Program-made: the position numbers and the translations under genes
Notes under the pieces: model-generated
Seen by the model: only the letters and a program-made list of their open reading frames with translations
Told to the model about the DNA's origin: nothing
Database searches by the model: none
Part shown: positions 43,001 to 58,000 of the stretch, in pieces
Position numbering within the stretch: position 1 is the first letter of the stretch
How the letters are laid out: every line of letters begins with the position of its first letter
Assembly: GCA_947624105.1 (NCBI GenBank)
Contig: CANQIX010000001.1
Coordinates: forward strand, 1,866 to 65,865
Source of the DNA: an uncultured Clostridia bacterium
Lineage (GTDB): Bacteria; Bacillota; Clostridia; Christensenellales; UBA1242
Direction of reading: 5' to 3'
DNA length: 64,000 nt

Positions 43001-46000
43001 GAAGACAACGGTTGTAACGCCTTCGCGCACGCTTTCGCTTTGTTTTGTGATGGTGTAGATTCCTTCGTCATTTACAAAGATATGGTCGCCGTAGGTATAT
43101 CCAACTTTGATAACTCCGGTGATTTCCATTTCATAACCAAACAGAACACTGTATGTTATCGATGCAACGTTTGACGAAAGTAATTTGATGAAGTCGGTCG
43201 TTTTAACTGATGCGCTTGTGATTCCTACGCCATAGTTTAATGTGATGTCAAAGTAATCTCTTGCCATATAAACTCTAACAATTGAAGAGCCATCTCCTTG
43301 AATTATCACACTCTTGTTTGCGTTGTATGTTATGTCGTAAGAGAATCCGTATCTAAACTTGTAATCTCTGTTTGTTAGATATAGGAAGGCGTTTTCTGCA
43401 CTTATTTCCTTTTCCGAACGGTCGCTGACTGTTGCTGCTTCAACTTCGTCATTTCCGCCGTAAACTATTCTGCCGTTTACAATCTCTTGATATGCAACAT
43501 ATATTTTGTAAGTTGTGCTTCCAAGAGCCCATTCAGCATACAGGATTATCTCTTCGTTGTCTTTTGTTGTAAGATTTGCAAAGTTAAAGGTTGTGTTCAT
43601 AATATCGGCTGGATTGCTTGCGGTAAGGAAGATTTTGCTTGTTGAAGTATCGTTGTTTGCGTAGTAATACCAACCATCGAATGCGTATCCTTGGAACGAC
43701 CAGTTGGCAACTTCAACGAATGGAGAAATTGTGTAAACTCTGTCATATTCAAAGGTTGTGAAGCCTTCGTTTTGATATTTTGCTTCAAGTTGAATCTGCT
43801 GTCTGTCTTCGCCTCTACCTTGGTCTAGTTTAACGGTATATACGATTGCGTCCCAAACTGCGTATACATAGTTTCCGGTGTAAGAGTAGCCGTTTGCGTC
43901 TGGAATGATATTTAATAGGTTGTATCCAAAGTAATAGGTTGTTCCGCTGTATACATATCTATATATACTGCCCGAAGTTAAGGTTTGATTTTCTGCAATA
44001 TACGCTTTAACATCTTCAATCGATTCAAAGTTGTTGTCTTCTGGTGGGTTAATCAAAACGCTTATGTCTCTGCCACCATTGACCATTGTCCAACCTGCGT
44101 ATTTGTATCCCGTTCTTGTGAATGGGTTCATATTCAAAAGTTCAAGTTGGTCATAGGTGAGAACCTGAGTATAATCACTGCTTGTCGATGCAAACGTTTC
44201 AAGGTAGGTAACGGTGTAAGTTACTGCCTCCCATTGAGCGTAGAGGTCTAAATCTTTGCTAAATAGGAATGGAATCGATTGTTCGGCGATGTAGTCTTGC
44301 CCCTCGTCGTCTTGCCAATCCATAAAGTTGTAACCCATACGCGCCCAAGTTATTCCGTTTACAACAACGCCACTTATTGTGAAGTAACTTGAATAACTTA
44401 CGCTTATTTGCGCTATTGTTTCGTCGCTTTCGGTGTAATTTCTGTGGTAGGTAACTCTGTATACGTGAGCCTCAGTTGAAAGTGTGATGTAATATCCAAA
44501 TTCAACTGCAACATATCTAAACACATCGCCTTCACGTCTGCTATCCGAAAGGTCAGCACTGTCGACAAGTTTTGTTGTGTCAAACGAGCCTTCGTATGCT
44601 GAGTAAATCGAATATATTGCAACCTCATAGCCTTCAACCATTCTTGGAGTGAAGGTGATTTGAACGCCATAAGCAACATCAAAGGTTGTCGTTGTTACTT
44701 CTTCGCCTGCGTTTGCAGTTACAGTTGTTGCATCTTGCCCTGGGTTAGTAAAGACAATCGACAACTCTTCCACATTCGATTCTGGCGTGATAACAAAGGT
44801 GTAGGTATTGACAACTCTCGTTATATCTACCGTAACACTTGACTTTCCATCTCCGCCGATGTATGTGTCAACTTCGTCTGCGTTGAAGTTAAATTCAAAA
44901 CCTTCAATTACTTCGCCTGGGTTGTATAGTCTTTCATTAAACGCTCTTTCAAGTGCGGTTTGAACGTTCTCTTGAGTGATTTTTGCATTGGTCTTTCCGG
45001 TGAGTTTAACCGAAACATCTGTTGTCGTTCCGTCTGTGTTTTGGAAGGAGAGGACAACTTCATATTCGGTATCCTGACGAGCCTCCCAAACGGCATACAA
45101 TGTTTTGTCTTCGGTGAAGGTATAACGCATTGAGTAGTCGTAAGCAAAGTCAATTTCCGTTGCATTTGCCTCCCAAGCCCAACCTCTAAAGGTGTATCCA
45201 GAAAGTTTGAAGTTTGGAGTGTTGAATTTTGTGATTTCATCGTATCTAAAGCCCTGCTTAAATTCGGTGTATGCTATTCCTGGTTGATATTCGCCAAGTT
45301 CTCTGTCAAGCATAAACGAACCTTCTTCAGTGGTATAGTTTTCGCCCTCTTGTCTATAGTTTTCTGTGGTGTTTCCGTTGAAGGTAATAGTGTAAACGAT
45401 AGGTGTTGCTGTTGGCAACAAGGTTATGTTTCCTGCTGGAATAACAATGGTGTAAACACCCTCTTCCTCTTGAACGAGTGAGTTGTTCCACGAGTCAAAT
45501 TCATATCCCGCTTGAACGGTGTAAGATAGGGTCAGTTTTGTTCCAAATTCGGTTGTTGCAAGCAGTGTTACATATCCGTTTGAATATCCGCTTTCCGATG
45601 GTTTAAGTGGTTCATAAACTAAGTCGCCATCAGTTGCACCAAACGATTCAAAGTATTTTTCGTTTGCCGAAATTCTTAAGGTGTATTGCGCCAAACGATA
45701 GATTGGATAGAGGTTGATGTCGCCTGCTGTATATGTCCAAACTCCGTTTCTTATGCTACCCTTGTCATCGATAAGGATTGCGGTAAAGGTTTCGTCGCCA
45801 TCATTTAACTTTCCATTTTCTGTCGTTGCCCAACCAACAAACGAATGTCCGTCTTTTTCTGCTCTTACAGAAAGGTAAGTTGTGCCTGCTGGCAAATATG
45901 GGAAGTCGTCTTCGATGGTGTATCTTCCGCCTGTGCTTGTCGATGCGGAGTAAGCAGTTCTACTCGATTTATATGTCGATGCGCCATAACTTACATACAA

Positions 46001-49000
46001 CTCTCTTGCCGATGTAGCACTTTCGTTCATATACACTGTCGTTTCTTCGTCGACAACAAAGGTAAGTTTATATGTGTTTGTAACCCAAATTGCATAAAGG
46101 GTTATGTCGCTTGTTCTGTTGTATGCCTCGTAAGTTGTTATTAGGGTGTCATAGTAACTTACAACTTCTGCGTTTGCTGCTGGTTGAGATTCTGCCCAAC
46201 CGATGAAACTATATCCCTCTCTGCTCCAATCTGCTCCGTCTACGCCGACACTTGTTATCTTGTAGATTTCGTATGGCTGGCCATAGGCAACTTCTTGCTC
46301 GTAAGGTTCTTCGCTTACGCCGTCATTTCTGTAATAGTATATCTTGTGAATATCTGGCGCTGCAACTGCGGCAAGAACTAAGTCGTAGCAAGGCATATAT
46401 CTTAAGATGTATGTTTCGTCCATTCCTGGCATCAAGGTGATTGAGATTGATACGCCATTTCCAAAGGTGTAGGTGTAGATTGTGTCTGGCGTCAAAATTC
46501 CGGTTAAGTCGATGTCTTTTTCGCCTACTGGAGAGTTCATTGAACCTTTGATGTTTAATGTGAATCCGTCTAGATGATATCCGACTTCGGTTTGAATTGT
46601 AAGCAAAACTTCTGCGCCAAAGGTTACGTCATAAACGCCCTCTGTCGTTGTTGTGTTAACCGTTCCTGCAATCACTTGTGCTGCTGTAAGTGTGCTTATC
46701 TTGTCTTCTGCGGTGTCAACAAGGGTAAGAGTGTAGTCATAGCGCGTGAAGTATACATAAACAGTTGTAAATTCTGCGCCTGCATCGCCTGGGTTTATTG
46801 CGTTGTTATATTCAACATAGATTTCTGGATCTTCGATGCTGCCGCCATTGTTGAAGTAACTTGCAACAAATCCGTTGTATGATGGAATAACAGAGGCAAG
46901 GTAGCCTAATGTTACTCTGTCGTTTGTTGTTAAGTTTTTAAGTATTACATACGCTCTGTCGTTATACTTCCCTACTGAGTAGTTAGCAAGGTCTGTTCCA
47001 AGAAGAGCAATTCTTGCTGCCAAATCAACTTCATCGGAGATAAATTCGGCATCGCCAATTCCCGAAACACCCTCTTGAACATAGTATACAAGAATTTGTG
47101 CGTCTGTGCGATATTCTGTTTCGATAGTAACAACAACATTTGTTTCTGGCATTGTAAAGGTGAAGAGGTAATCGTCTGTCTTTGCCTGGTCATAGGTTTG
47201 TGTTGCATCATCTACGGAGATACCGTCTATTGAGTAACTTATTCTAGAGATATAATAGCCTTTGTCAACCCCTTGCATTTCAACTTTGATACTTACTGTT
47301 GTTTCAAAACTGATAAGTTTGTAGATTGCAACAGAACCATTGATTGTTACATACGCTGGGTCAATTCCGGCATCTAGTTGAATGTTTACTGCGTAGTAGT
47401 CAACGCCCCAAATTGCATACAAGGTTACCGACTCTCTATATACGCCGGTCATTGTGTAAGTTGTAAAGCCTTCGCTTGCAAACTCGTCGCTGCTCCAACC
47501 AAGAAGAGTAAATCCATCTCTTTCAAAGCCGGTAACTGCTGACAAATCTACAACATCAATCATATATCTGCTGCCCGTAAGGGTGTAAGATGTTGATGTC
47601 GAGCCGTCTGCAGCGTGATATTGTCCTTTGTTTGCCTGCATAATAATGTCATAGGTTCTTTCGGTTGCATACGCCTTTATGTATGCGCCCAAAATGTATC
47701 CCATTGTAAGTGTTGTTGAATAGGTGTTGTCTACCGTTTCGATGCCATCTCCGCTATATTCAATTCCGTCTGCGTTTTCGTCATCGATAAAGATAAACTT
47801 TTCAAATTGATAGCCTGGATTGTTGATTGTTGCGGTTACTTTTATCTTTGCGCCATATCTTACGCTGTATGCAGTTGTCGTTCTTCTTACATATTCAACA
47901 ATCAAACTTTCTCTCTCTGCCGAAGTAACAGTTATTCCACTTATTCCAGTGTCGGCATCGACTGCAAGGTCGTAGTAATTTCTTGAATATGTAACATTGA
48001 TAACTGTCGAGCCATCTGCGTTTATGTTTGCTAAAAGAATCTTCGTTTGGTCAACTGAGAATCCATTTACAACTGGATAATCACTTCCGCCGGTTGATTC
48101 AAGCACTTTGTTTAAAATTTCTTCGATTGTTATCGTTGTATCTGCAAGCCACTGATTGCCTGTTATCGAAGGAATCAATGCCTCGCCTGTATTTTCGTTT
48201 GTTCCGTCGTTTGTATATGCAGTGCCGTCAAGTGTTTCAAATACGAATGCGATTGTGTAGTCGACATTTTGTGCTTCCCACAAGGCATATATCATCTGCG
48301 ACAAGTTTTCAACTTCGCCGGTCGAACCATCAGCACCTGTTGCAAGGTTGTATACATAGTAGTTTTCGCCGATGTGGTAGATACCTTTTGAAATTATATC
48401 CGCTGGATCGGTGAATCCGCCCTGTGATTCATCACTTCCGTTTGGAGTTGTCGTCCAACCAACAAACTTATATCCAACAAGTTCTGGTGTTTTGATAAGT
48501 AATGCTGTGCCATAAACGGCATCTCTATATTCAACTGGATAGATTTCTGTGTTAACCTTTGTCGACTTTGTTTCGTCGTTATAGTTTACATAAACGGTAT
48601 ATTTGTTTGCTTCCCAAACTGCTCTAAGTTTTACGTGTCCGTAAGCGCCTCTACTTATCGTTTCGCCTGCTGTAAAGGTCTTTTCTATTTCCCAAACTTC
48701 GCTGTTGTAGTCTGTTCCTTCTATCTCTATTACCGTCCAACCAGAAAGGGTGTAACCTGTTCTGTTTACTTCGGTTTTCATAAGCAAATTAAATTCTTCT
48801 TCGATGGTGTAGGTGTAAACGTTGTCGCTTGAAACTCTTTCGCCATCGACATTTCTTCCGCCTTGATAATCATAGGTGATTCGGTAAGTGATTACGCTGT
48901 ATGTTGCCGTCAAAGTTACGTTACCAAACGCATCTGTTACTGACGAACCTGCACTGTATGTGCTCTTAGACCAAGTAACTGAGTTATAGTCTAAACTGCT

Positions 49001-52000
49001 TGGATCAACTGTAAGTTTCCAATTTGCCAAAGCGTAGCCGGCGCAAATGATTTGGTCTGGCTTTACAAGTTGAAGGGTTGAGTGGCGTTCGATAATTATT
49101 CCACTTTCAACTGTGTAAGTAAATTCATACTTTCCGTTTCCTAAATCTTCAAATGCTGGATCTTCAAGAGTTGCCTCTGTAAGTCTTCCTTCGCCAAGTT
49201 CATAGGTAATCTTATATTCCTTTGCTACCCAACAAGCATATACATAAGCATTTGCGCCTGGATCCATAGATAGATTATAAGCAAAGTATCTTTCAACTCC
49301 CCTATTATCATTCATATAGTAAATTCCTGCGTCTGCCGATATGTCGTTTAGATATTTTGAAATTGCATCAACAAGTTCGCTAAATGTTTCGCCGTTATAA
49401 ACGTATCCGTTATTGTAGGTGATGCTTGTAAGTTCGTTCATATTCACTTCGGTAACGGTTGCGTTGATAAGAGTCCAACCAACAAAGGCATATCCGGAAA
49501 GGTTGTATGGGTTTGTGATTTCGGACGCGGTGAAGTCGTGAGCGGTGATGATAAGTTCCGAACCGCTTGCCGCCATATCAACTTTGTATCCACCGATGCG
49601 CACATTGATGTAATACTCGTTTGCGGTATATTCAGCAGTGAGGGTAACATCTCCGTAAACTCTTGAAACGCGTTCTGCTTGAGCATATTTTGATGCCGAC
49701 CAACCAGATCCGTCTAGCACGTTTAGTCTATTCCAACAAACAAGCGTGTAACCTGTGAGCAAGATTTCTTGATCTGCAAGCAAAGCAAAGGTCTCTTCGA
49801 TTGTGTAACTGTAGGTGTATATGCTGTCAGCCTCCACTTCGCTATATTTTGTGTTTGAAGCGTGGAGCAATCTGTCGATAATCGAACCGCCGTTAGTTTC
49901 GTAGGTAATCTTATATTCTTTTGCGATCCAACAAGCATAGATGTCAAACCTTGCATTTTGTTGATCGGTTAAGTTGAAGGCAAAGTAATAGTTTGTTGTC
50001 TCTCCGTCTTCAACGTGGGTGTATAGATAGATGCCTTGTGCGTCGCCAAGCCCTCTAAGGTATGCTGTGATTTGCGATGTGAGTTCGTTTACATCGGCAA
50101 ATTCAAATACCTCTTCGATAAGTTGTGCTTCGCTTACACTTCCTGCCTCGTTTGAAGTTGACCAACCGCCGAAGTCGTAACCATTATAACCAAATCTCTG
50201 CGAGTAAGTTGTGATGTTGAGTGCGGTGTCATAAGTTGCTGCTGCGGTTGTGCCGACAGTTGAGTTAATTCCAACAACAACCTTTGGAGTTCCGGCGTTT
50301 ATGCCAACGGTGTATTGATATGCCTCCCAAACTGCGTAGATTGTTTCGTTTTCAGCAACAATCCAGTTGTTGTTTAGCGTTCCGCTTATACCGATGATAA
50401 CTTCGTCAAAACTTGCAGTGCTTGTTAATGCCCAACCTCTAAAACTGTAACCCTTTCTTTCTGCAGTGATTGTTGAGATAAGGTCTTTAGATAGATATGT
50501 TGCTGGCTCTGTTTTAGAAACGGTTGAGTAGATTGATTTAGAATCATATACAACATAAACTTTGTTATCTCTTACTTTTGTTGCTGCGTCGTTGTCGTAG
50601 GTTATGTTGATTCTGTTTCCGCCGTTTAGGTCGAGGATAATTTCATAAGCATTTGGAAGGGCATTTGCCATTGCAGTAACTTCTTCTGCTGGCATCTTAA
50701 AGATGAATTGCCACTCTGCGTTTACTGGCTTGTCTTCGCCCATAATGGTGTAAGTTGTTGCTGTGTATCCCACTTTTGCTGTTGTTGTAAGGGTTACATT
50801 TGCATCAAATTTAACAGATACAACCGATGAAGTGCTTAGTGTTTGCTCTACGGTGTATCCCTCTTCGTTGATGCTAAGTTGAACAGATTCAACTCCAAGT
50901 CCAAGGTCGATACTGAGGTCAACAAGGATTCTTGTGTAGAACACGTCTATCACTGTTGGGAAGTTTTCGATATCGCCGTTAACGACAATTCCTGTAATGA
51001 AACTTGTGTAGGTAAAGCCTTCGATAACTACAAGATCTGCATTTGTGAAACTGATGTAAACATCCTCTTCTTCGCCTGCCTTTTTGATGTCCGAAAGCAA
51101 TTCAATCGCCTTGTCGGTAAGTCCATACGCCTCTTGCGTGGTGTAAGGTTCGTCGTCATATTCGCCATCTTTAAATGTTTCAAGGTGATATGCAAGTGTA
51201 ATCTTTACGTATTGTGGTTCTGGAGCAAGTCTAACGTTTACGTTGTTGCTTACCATATTAAAGGTAACCGTTCCGTTGTAGCCTGTTATATCTCCTGCAA
51301 GAGTGATTTCTGCTGTCGATGTAATAGTCCAGTTTTCAAGACTTACAACCTTGTATCCTGGTGCAACTTCATATTTTAGTTCGACAAGTTGAGTGTAGTA
51401 AACTGTGTAAGTTCTTACCAAACTGCCCTCTTCGGTGATTTCGGTAACAAAATCGCCCGTTTTTGCACTTAAAGATTTAAGTCCAATCACGCCTTGAGTT
51501 AAGGTAAGAGTGTAGGTGTTAAGTTTTAAGTAAACGATAAGATTTGAAATTTCACCCTTTGTATAAACGCCGTTTATCGCATCTCTATACGATGCCGCAT
51601 CGTTGTAGGTAACAACAAGGTCAACAATCGACGACAAACTGTAACCGCTGTAATAAGTTGTGATAAATTCGTTTAAGGTGTATGCTATTTCGTTGCTGTC
51701 ATAGATATTTTTTGAAGTGCCGAAGGTGAGAAGTGTGATTGTGCTGTCAACTGGCGCCATAGATGCACCAAGAGTCAAGCCAACTGTTGTAAACTCATCA
51801 TTTTCCCAACCCGATTCAAGCACTCCTTCAAGTGTTTGAAGTTTAAATTGTAGGGTGTAATATTGTGGATTTGCGGTGATATTTACTGCAATGTCGTATG
51901 CACTTTGAACATTTTTGATTTCCATATATGCTTCTGTAACTCTCTGTTGAGTGTTTGTAGAAACAATCCAATAGTTAAAGGTGTAACCATCGGCAACAAC

Positions 52001-55000
52001 TGCTGTAAACTGCAAACTGCTGTAATATTTTGCTTTTTTGATTGTTGTTTCTGTAATAGATTCAGTTCCCTCTCCGTCCACAACGGTGATTTCTTTAATT
52101 CCCTTAAGTGGAACGTTGATTGTGATATTGTAGGTGTTTCTAGTGTAGTAGAGAATAACATCACTGCTATCATCTGCTGCAACAATAATCGAAGTTACTG
52201 AAGAGAATGTTTCGCCATTTACGTCTTCTACGGTTTCTGCAAAACTAAATCCTCGATAACTGTATGGAGAGATTGTGATGTGAGTTGCCGTTTTACTCAT
52301 AACCTGTCCGCCGTAGTTTGCGTTTTGAGTGTGGGTTGTAAACTCTCCGGCATCTTTCAATTCAACATCAAGATAATACTTTCCGTCCAAACCTTCAAGG
52401 TAAACTAAGATGTCATAGAATGCAACACCTTCAATCCAGCAAGGACAAACAATCACAATGGTGTTTGCAACTTCTGGATTTGGTTGAAGTTCGCCATTTT
52501 CAAGAACATTTGGATTTACTCCAACGCTTAAGTTAAAGCCATAGTAATATGTTACATCGTTATAAGAGTATGCATAGATTCCGTTTGCGTTTCCGGCATT
52601 TACAAGATATTCCGTAACGGCGGCTCTAATGCCCTCTGCCGATCCATCGTGAACAAGTGCTGCCGAAACTGGTTTAACTACGCTTACGCCCTTAAATGTT
52701 TCGATGCCTGTGTCGTCATACGCGCCAATCTTCCAACCTGCAAAATCATAGCCCTTTAAGAAGTAGTTGTCTGGGCCTGACACAAGAAGGGAAGCCTCGT
52801 TGTAGTAAGCGACTTGCGATGGAATTGGTCCAACATCTGCTTTTCTATTGTGCTGGTCATATTCTATTGTATATTCGTTGTTTGCAATGTGAATTGTAAG
52901 CACGGTGTTTTCGCTGTAGGTGTAAATCTTAAAGTTGTTATCTGGGTTGCTATACGAAAGTGATTTTTCGGAAGAAGCAACTGTATACTTAACAAACGAA
53001 TATCCTGTGTTCATCGTTGCTCTTAAGTAGATTTCGGTGTCAAAGGTAACGGTGTAGTGCTCGTTTGCAGAATCCCAAACAACGTTGTCTTGTTCTTCTG
53101 GATTGGCTGCTCTTACAATGGTGTTTACATTTGGAACTTCCTTATTTGTGTGGTCGTTGAATGTCTTTACAGTAAGATAATATATCTTTGGATCCCACTT
53201 TGCAAAGAATGTGATTGTGTAAGAGGTGTCTGCTGTGTCGCCAATTGATTCTGTGCTCCAAGGAGAGTTAAGTTGTCCATATTCGTTAGTAACAAGCACG
53301 CCATCTTTGGTGATTGTCCAACCTAAGAAGTCATAGCCTTCGCGAACGATGTTGAAATACTTAACATCTGTGTCATTGTCGCTTATCAGTGCATACTCAT
53401 CTCTCTCTGCACCTTCTGCCGATGTCTTAACGTAGATTTTTGTGGTGTCATATTCTACATACACTTCAAAATATTCTACGCCGTTATACACAAACTTCGC
53501 CTCCGAAACAGTTCCAACTTTGGCGTTCATATCAAGCGTAACGGCAACTTTCTTTGCTTCCCATTGAGCAGTGAGAGTTACGTTTCCGTATTTTCCTGCT
53601 GCAACTGGAGAAACATAGGTTTCTTCGTTCCAGTTGTTGTCATCTCCACTTGCCTTCCAACCAACGATGTCATAACCAACTCTTACTATCTCTGGAAGAG
53701 TGATTTCCTTTTCGATGTGGTAAGTTATGTCGTAATCTTCCTCTGCCTTTCCGCGTATAGAACCACCCTCTGGCATATAGGTTATTTGATATATGATTAA
53801 GTTTGCAGTTGCAGTGAGAATTACATCTCCTGCGCCCATCTTGATTGTCTGCACAGTCATAAGGTTTGCAGATAGATTTGCTGGAGTTGTGCCTTCAACA
53901 ATCCAAGCGGCAAACGTGTAGCCGTGAGGTTGTAGGGTGGCAGAAATTTCTATTGCTTCGTCATACTTAAAGGTCTTTTGTATTGATTCTGTAACAATTG
54001 TGTCTTCGTTTAATGTTACGCTTGCAATACCATTGTTATACCCCGATTCTGCTGTCGAAATTGTAAGTGTAAGGTCATAACTGTTTCTGGTGAAGTAAAG
54101 GTCGATTCTTGTTCCTGCGCCGGTTGCAATAATTTGAAGATTCTTCTTTGTTGTATATTTGAATCTACCCTCTTCGTCTTTTGTTGCGTCTTCAATTTCA
54201 TTTTGTTTTACATCATTTAGGTAATATTCAAAGTAAGCATAAGAGAATCCTGTGTAGTTAAATTGTGTGGTTGCCAAGTCGCCGTTTGTAACGACAACGC
54301 CATTTAATACGTTCTCTGCCATATCTTGAAGAACATCAAAGAACGAGTCTGTTTCGGCTTTCCACGCTGTGTATACATCTGGATCTGCATATTCGCCGGT
54401 CGACAATGTTTCTTTGTAGATATTGATTGTGATTGCTGTTTCTCCTGGCGCCCAGTGAACAAAGAATTCCATATCTTTTGGATATTTCCAAGTTATCGAA
54501 CCACCATCTACGTTAGAAACTTCGTGCAGTTTTTGTTGTTCCTTATCCTTGTCTAAATACTCTGCTATATCCCACCAAGCAAAGAAGTTATATCCGGCTT
54601 TCGTCCAGCCTAACGTTGCCATTGTTGGGAAGGTGAATAAGTCGTCATAAGTTGCTTCCGTTTCTGTCTTTACTGTGTCGCTTCCATCTTCTGCTGAGTT
54701 TTGATAAAGGGTAACTTTATATGTGTTTGCTGTAAAGGTTGCAACCAAGGTTACATTTCCGTATGCCCCCGAAATCTCTGCCCCTTCTTTAAGTGGCTCT
54801 GACTTCCAAACTTCTGCGTTATAGATTGCATCGTGAGTTGTTACCGTCCACGTAGATAGAGTATAACCGATTCTGGTTACTTGAGTCTTATCTAATAAGT
54901 TAAATGTATCTTCTATAGTATATGTTATTGTATAATAGTCTTCAGTTTGTGCGTAACCCTCTACATCTTCGTTTAAGGTTGCATCTTTGCCAAGTCTATA

Positions 55001-58000
55001 TCTTATTGTGTATACAGTTGCCGTCCAACAAGCAAAGAGGGTTGCCGTAAGGTTATCTAATTCGCCGGTTGCAAGGTTAAATGCGTAATATCTTCCGCCG
55101 ATAAAGTAAAGTCCCGCTTCTGTTATCTCTTCAACTGCAGTTACATCTGTTCTTGCATTGCTTTCAACCACTTCTTCCGTTGCCCAACCAGCAAAAGTCC
55201 AACCATATTTAACTGGAATTGGTGTGATTTCTTTTACTTGGTCATAGGTTGCAGTGATGCTTGATGGTTCAACCGTTCCGCCCGCTGTAGGATTCAAAAT
55301 GATGGTGTATGGCTTTGCGGTTGCTTGAGCGGTGTAAGTTGCGTCCACCGAACCAACTTCAACTTGAGTATACGCCCTTGATGCACCTGTTGTGCTTAAC
55401 ACCCAGATGTGCGAGAAGGTATATCCTGGCTTTGATTTTGCGTCGATGATAAGAATGTCTCCATAGTATGCTTTGATATCCACTTTTTCAGTGCTGTCAA
55501 CAACCTCATCAATAAGTGCATTTACCGAACTTGCCGAAACGCTTTGGATTCCTGTTCCAAGGTCGAGAGAAACAGTAAATTGATTTCTCATAAAGTAAAC
55601 GCTTATGATTGTTGTGCCGTTTCCTTCAACAACTGTTGTGTTTGTTTCAACACCATTAAGCGTGTAAGTGATTGTGTATTTCTCATACTTAAATCCAACA
55701 TACTGCAAGTTATAACTCCAGTTGGATTCTTCGTTTTTAAGAACAACTAAGTCGACTGAATCCGATTCGTCAAGTCCTAATGTGGTGTCAGTTGTAAGTC
55801 CAACCGAAACGACATTTTCATAGAGTTTGTAAGTGCGTGTTTCTTTTCCGGTGTTTCCGTTGATCTCTTCAAGGTATGCATACACCTTAACTGGTGTGTT
55901 GGTGTTTGGAGATGCTTCTAAGTAGAAGATTTCCGCGCCAAGCACAACATAAGTGTCGCCAACCGTTCCAACTCTTTCATCACTGGAAGAAAAACCTTTG
56001 TATACTGTTGGTTGATTGTAACCTGGACGCATTTCAATTCCAAATTGGATAATTTCATTGTAGTAAACTGAATAAGCATAGGTTTCAACTCCACCTTGTT
56101 TTGCGCCATCGATTGCCTTATCTTCTTTTGTGCTCTTAGATGTAAGCGATGACGATGCAATACCTTTGCCGTTTGTCATCAAAACTTCATAGGCTGCACG
56201 TGTGTAGTAGAGTTTTACAACAAGTGAGCCATCGCCAAGCACGATAAGTGAGTTGTTTTCACCATTTGTTTCATATTTGTTTGCATACGCCTTAAAGTAT
56301 GCTCTCTCTTCACAAGTAAGTGCGTAGCCGGTGTAATCGTCGATAACAAGCACTGTTCCGGCTTGCGCTCTTGCTGGAGCGGTGTCGGTTCTTGTTTCGT
56401 CAGTGTAAATTGTTATCATTTCATATTCGCGCTCTTCGTCTGTTTGCGCATTTCTTGATGAGTCGATTGTTTCTACGTGATATTCCACTCTATATGCAAC
56501 TGGAAGAGCCTTCCACATTGCAGTAAGTGTTACCTCTCCGTTGGCTTTTGCACTTATTTTATGAACAAAATACGTCTTCAATCCGGTTGTGCTTATATAT
56601 TCAAAGAATGTTCCGCCCAACGTTGGAATTGCCGCAACAACTTCTTCAACACTCTTATACACGTCGGAGGAGAGAATTGTTGGAGCAAGTGGATTTTCTG
56701 CGTAACTCGTGTCGTCAACCGACAGAACTTTCCAGCCGTCAAACTCATATCCTGCACGCTCATAAACATCGTTAAACGATTGAACTGCGGTGTATAAGAT
56801 GTCAGTTATGCTGTCTGTCTTTCCTGGAAGAAGTGTTGGTTGCGTTGGATCGTCTGCTTCAACGCCGTCATCAAAGAGAATTGTGTATCTGTTTTCTATC
56901 CATTGTGCATAGAAGGTTGTTGCTGCTGGATAAGTCCACTTGATCACTGTGTCTTCTTGACAAGGATATTCGATTGCGCCTAAACGGTCGTTAACTGCCC
57001 AACCGGCAAAACTATAGCCGACATTGATTGCAAGGTGTGTGCTGTCAAATGTGAGTAAGGTGTAGTTTTCGTCAAATACTGCCAAGATTGGATCGCTGTA
57101 TGTTGGGTTTACTGCGCCATAGTTTGAGTTATAGGTAACTAGATAAGATCTTGCCGTCCAAACCGCAAACAGAGTAACCGTTTTGCTTGATGCATTTTCA
57201 AAGTTGTCATTGTTTACTGGTGTGGTTTCTGCAACAAGTTCAATTATATGCCCTTCTGCATCTTTAACCTGTCTGGTTATGCCATCATACGTGAGTCCTG
57301 AAGACATAACTTGCGTCTTCGACCAACCTCTAAACTCATATCCGTCTCTTAAATATGTTGGAAGGTCGCCAATGTTATAGTCGTAGTTAACTCCCTTTTG
57401 AGATCTGTTTGTGCCTTCGATAATAGTTACATTTCCGCCGTCTAAAGTTGCCTCTGTTGAACCATTTGGATTTGCCGAAAGGGAATCGTTAGGATCAAAT
57501 GTGATTGTGATAACGTCCGCTTTCCAAACGACAAACAAGTTGACAGTTCCATAGAGCAACAACTTATAAAGCAAGGAATCTTCAAGCAGATTATCAAGAA
57601 TCTGTGTCTGCCCATCGGCATATTTTGCGATAAGTTCTTCAGCATAAAATTCTACATTGTCGTCAATTGCTATGTAGTCTGTTGACCAACCTTGGAAAGT
57701 ATAACCAATCTTTGCAAAGCCGGTTTGTGCATCGGTGTAAACGCGCAAACTGTTCATATCGTTTTGGCCGAATGTGAAAGTCTGTCTTACTGGAGCGCCC
57801 GTGCCAACATTTGCGCCATTGCTGTTATAGATAACCGTGTAAGTTCTTGGCGTCCACGCTGCATACAGGTAAACTGGTCTGTCGCCAAAGCATTCAACGG
57901 AACCTAATGCCTCTGCGGTGTAGTTCCAAGAAACAACCATCGTAACAACTCCGTCTGTTGTTTCGGTGGACATCTTAACTCCGTCTGTCGAGTTATAGAA

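Noticed and set aside
50843-51379. Long antisense (+ strand) ORFs inside the giant gene (for example 50843..51379 at 178 aa, 59255..59707 at 150 aa, 62717..63145 at 142 aa) and inside housekeeping genes (21688..22164, 23646..24101, 25511..26098, 26159..26638).
   Set aside because: Each lies entirely within a much longer, motif-supported gene on the other strand. Their translations are Cys/Phe/Val/Ile-rich low-complexity strings with no SD. They are typical shadow ORFs produced by codon bias.
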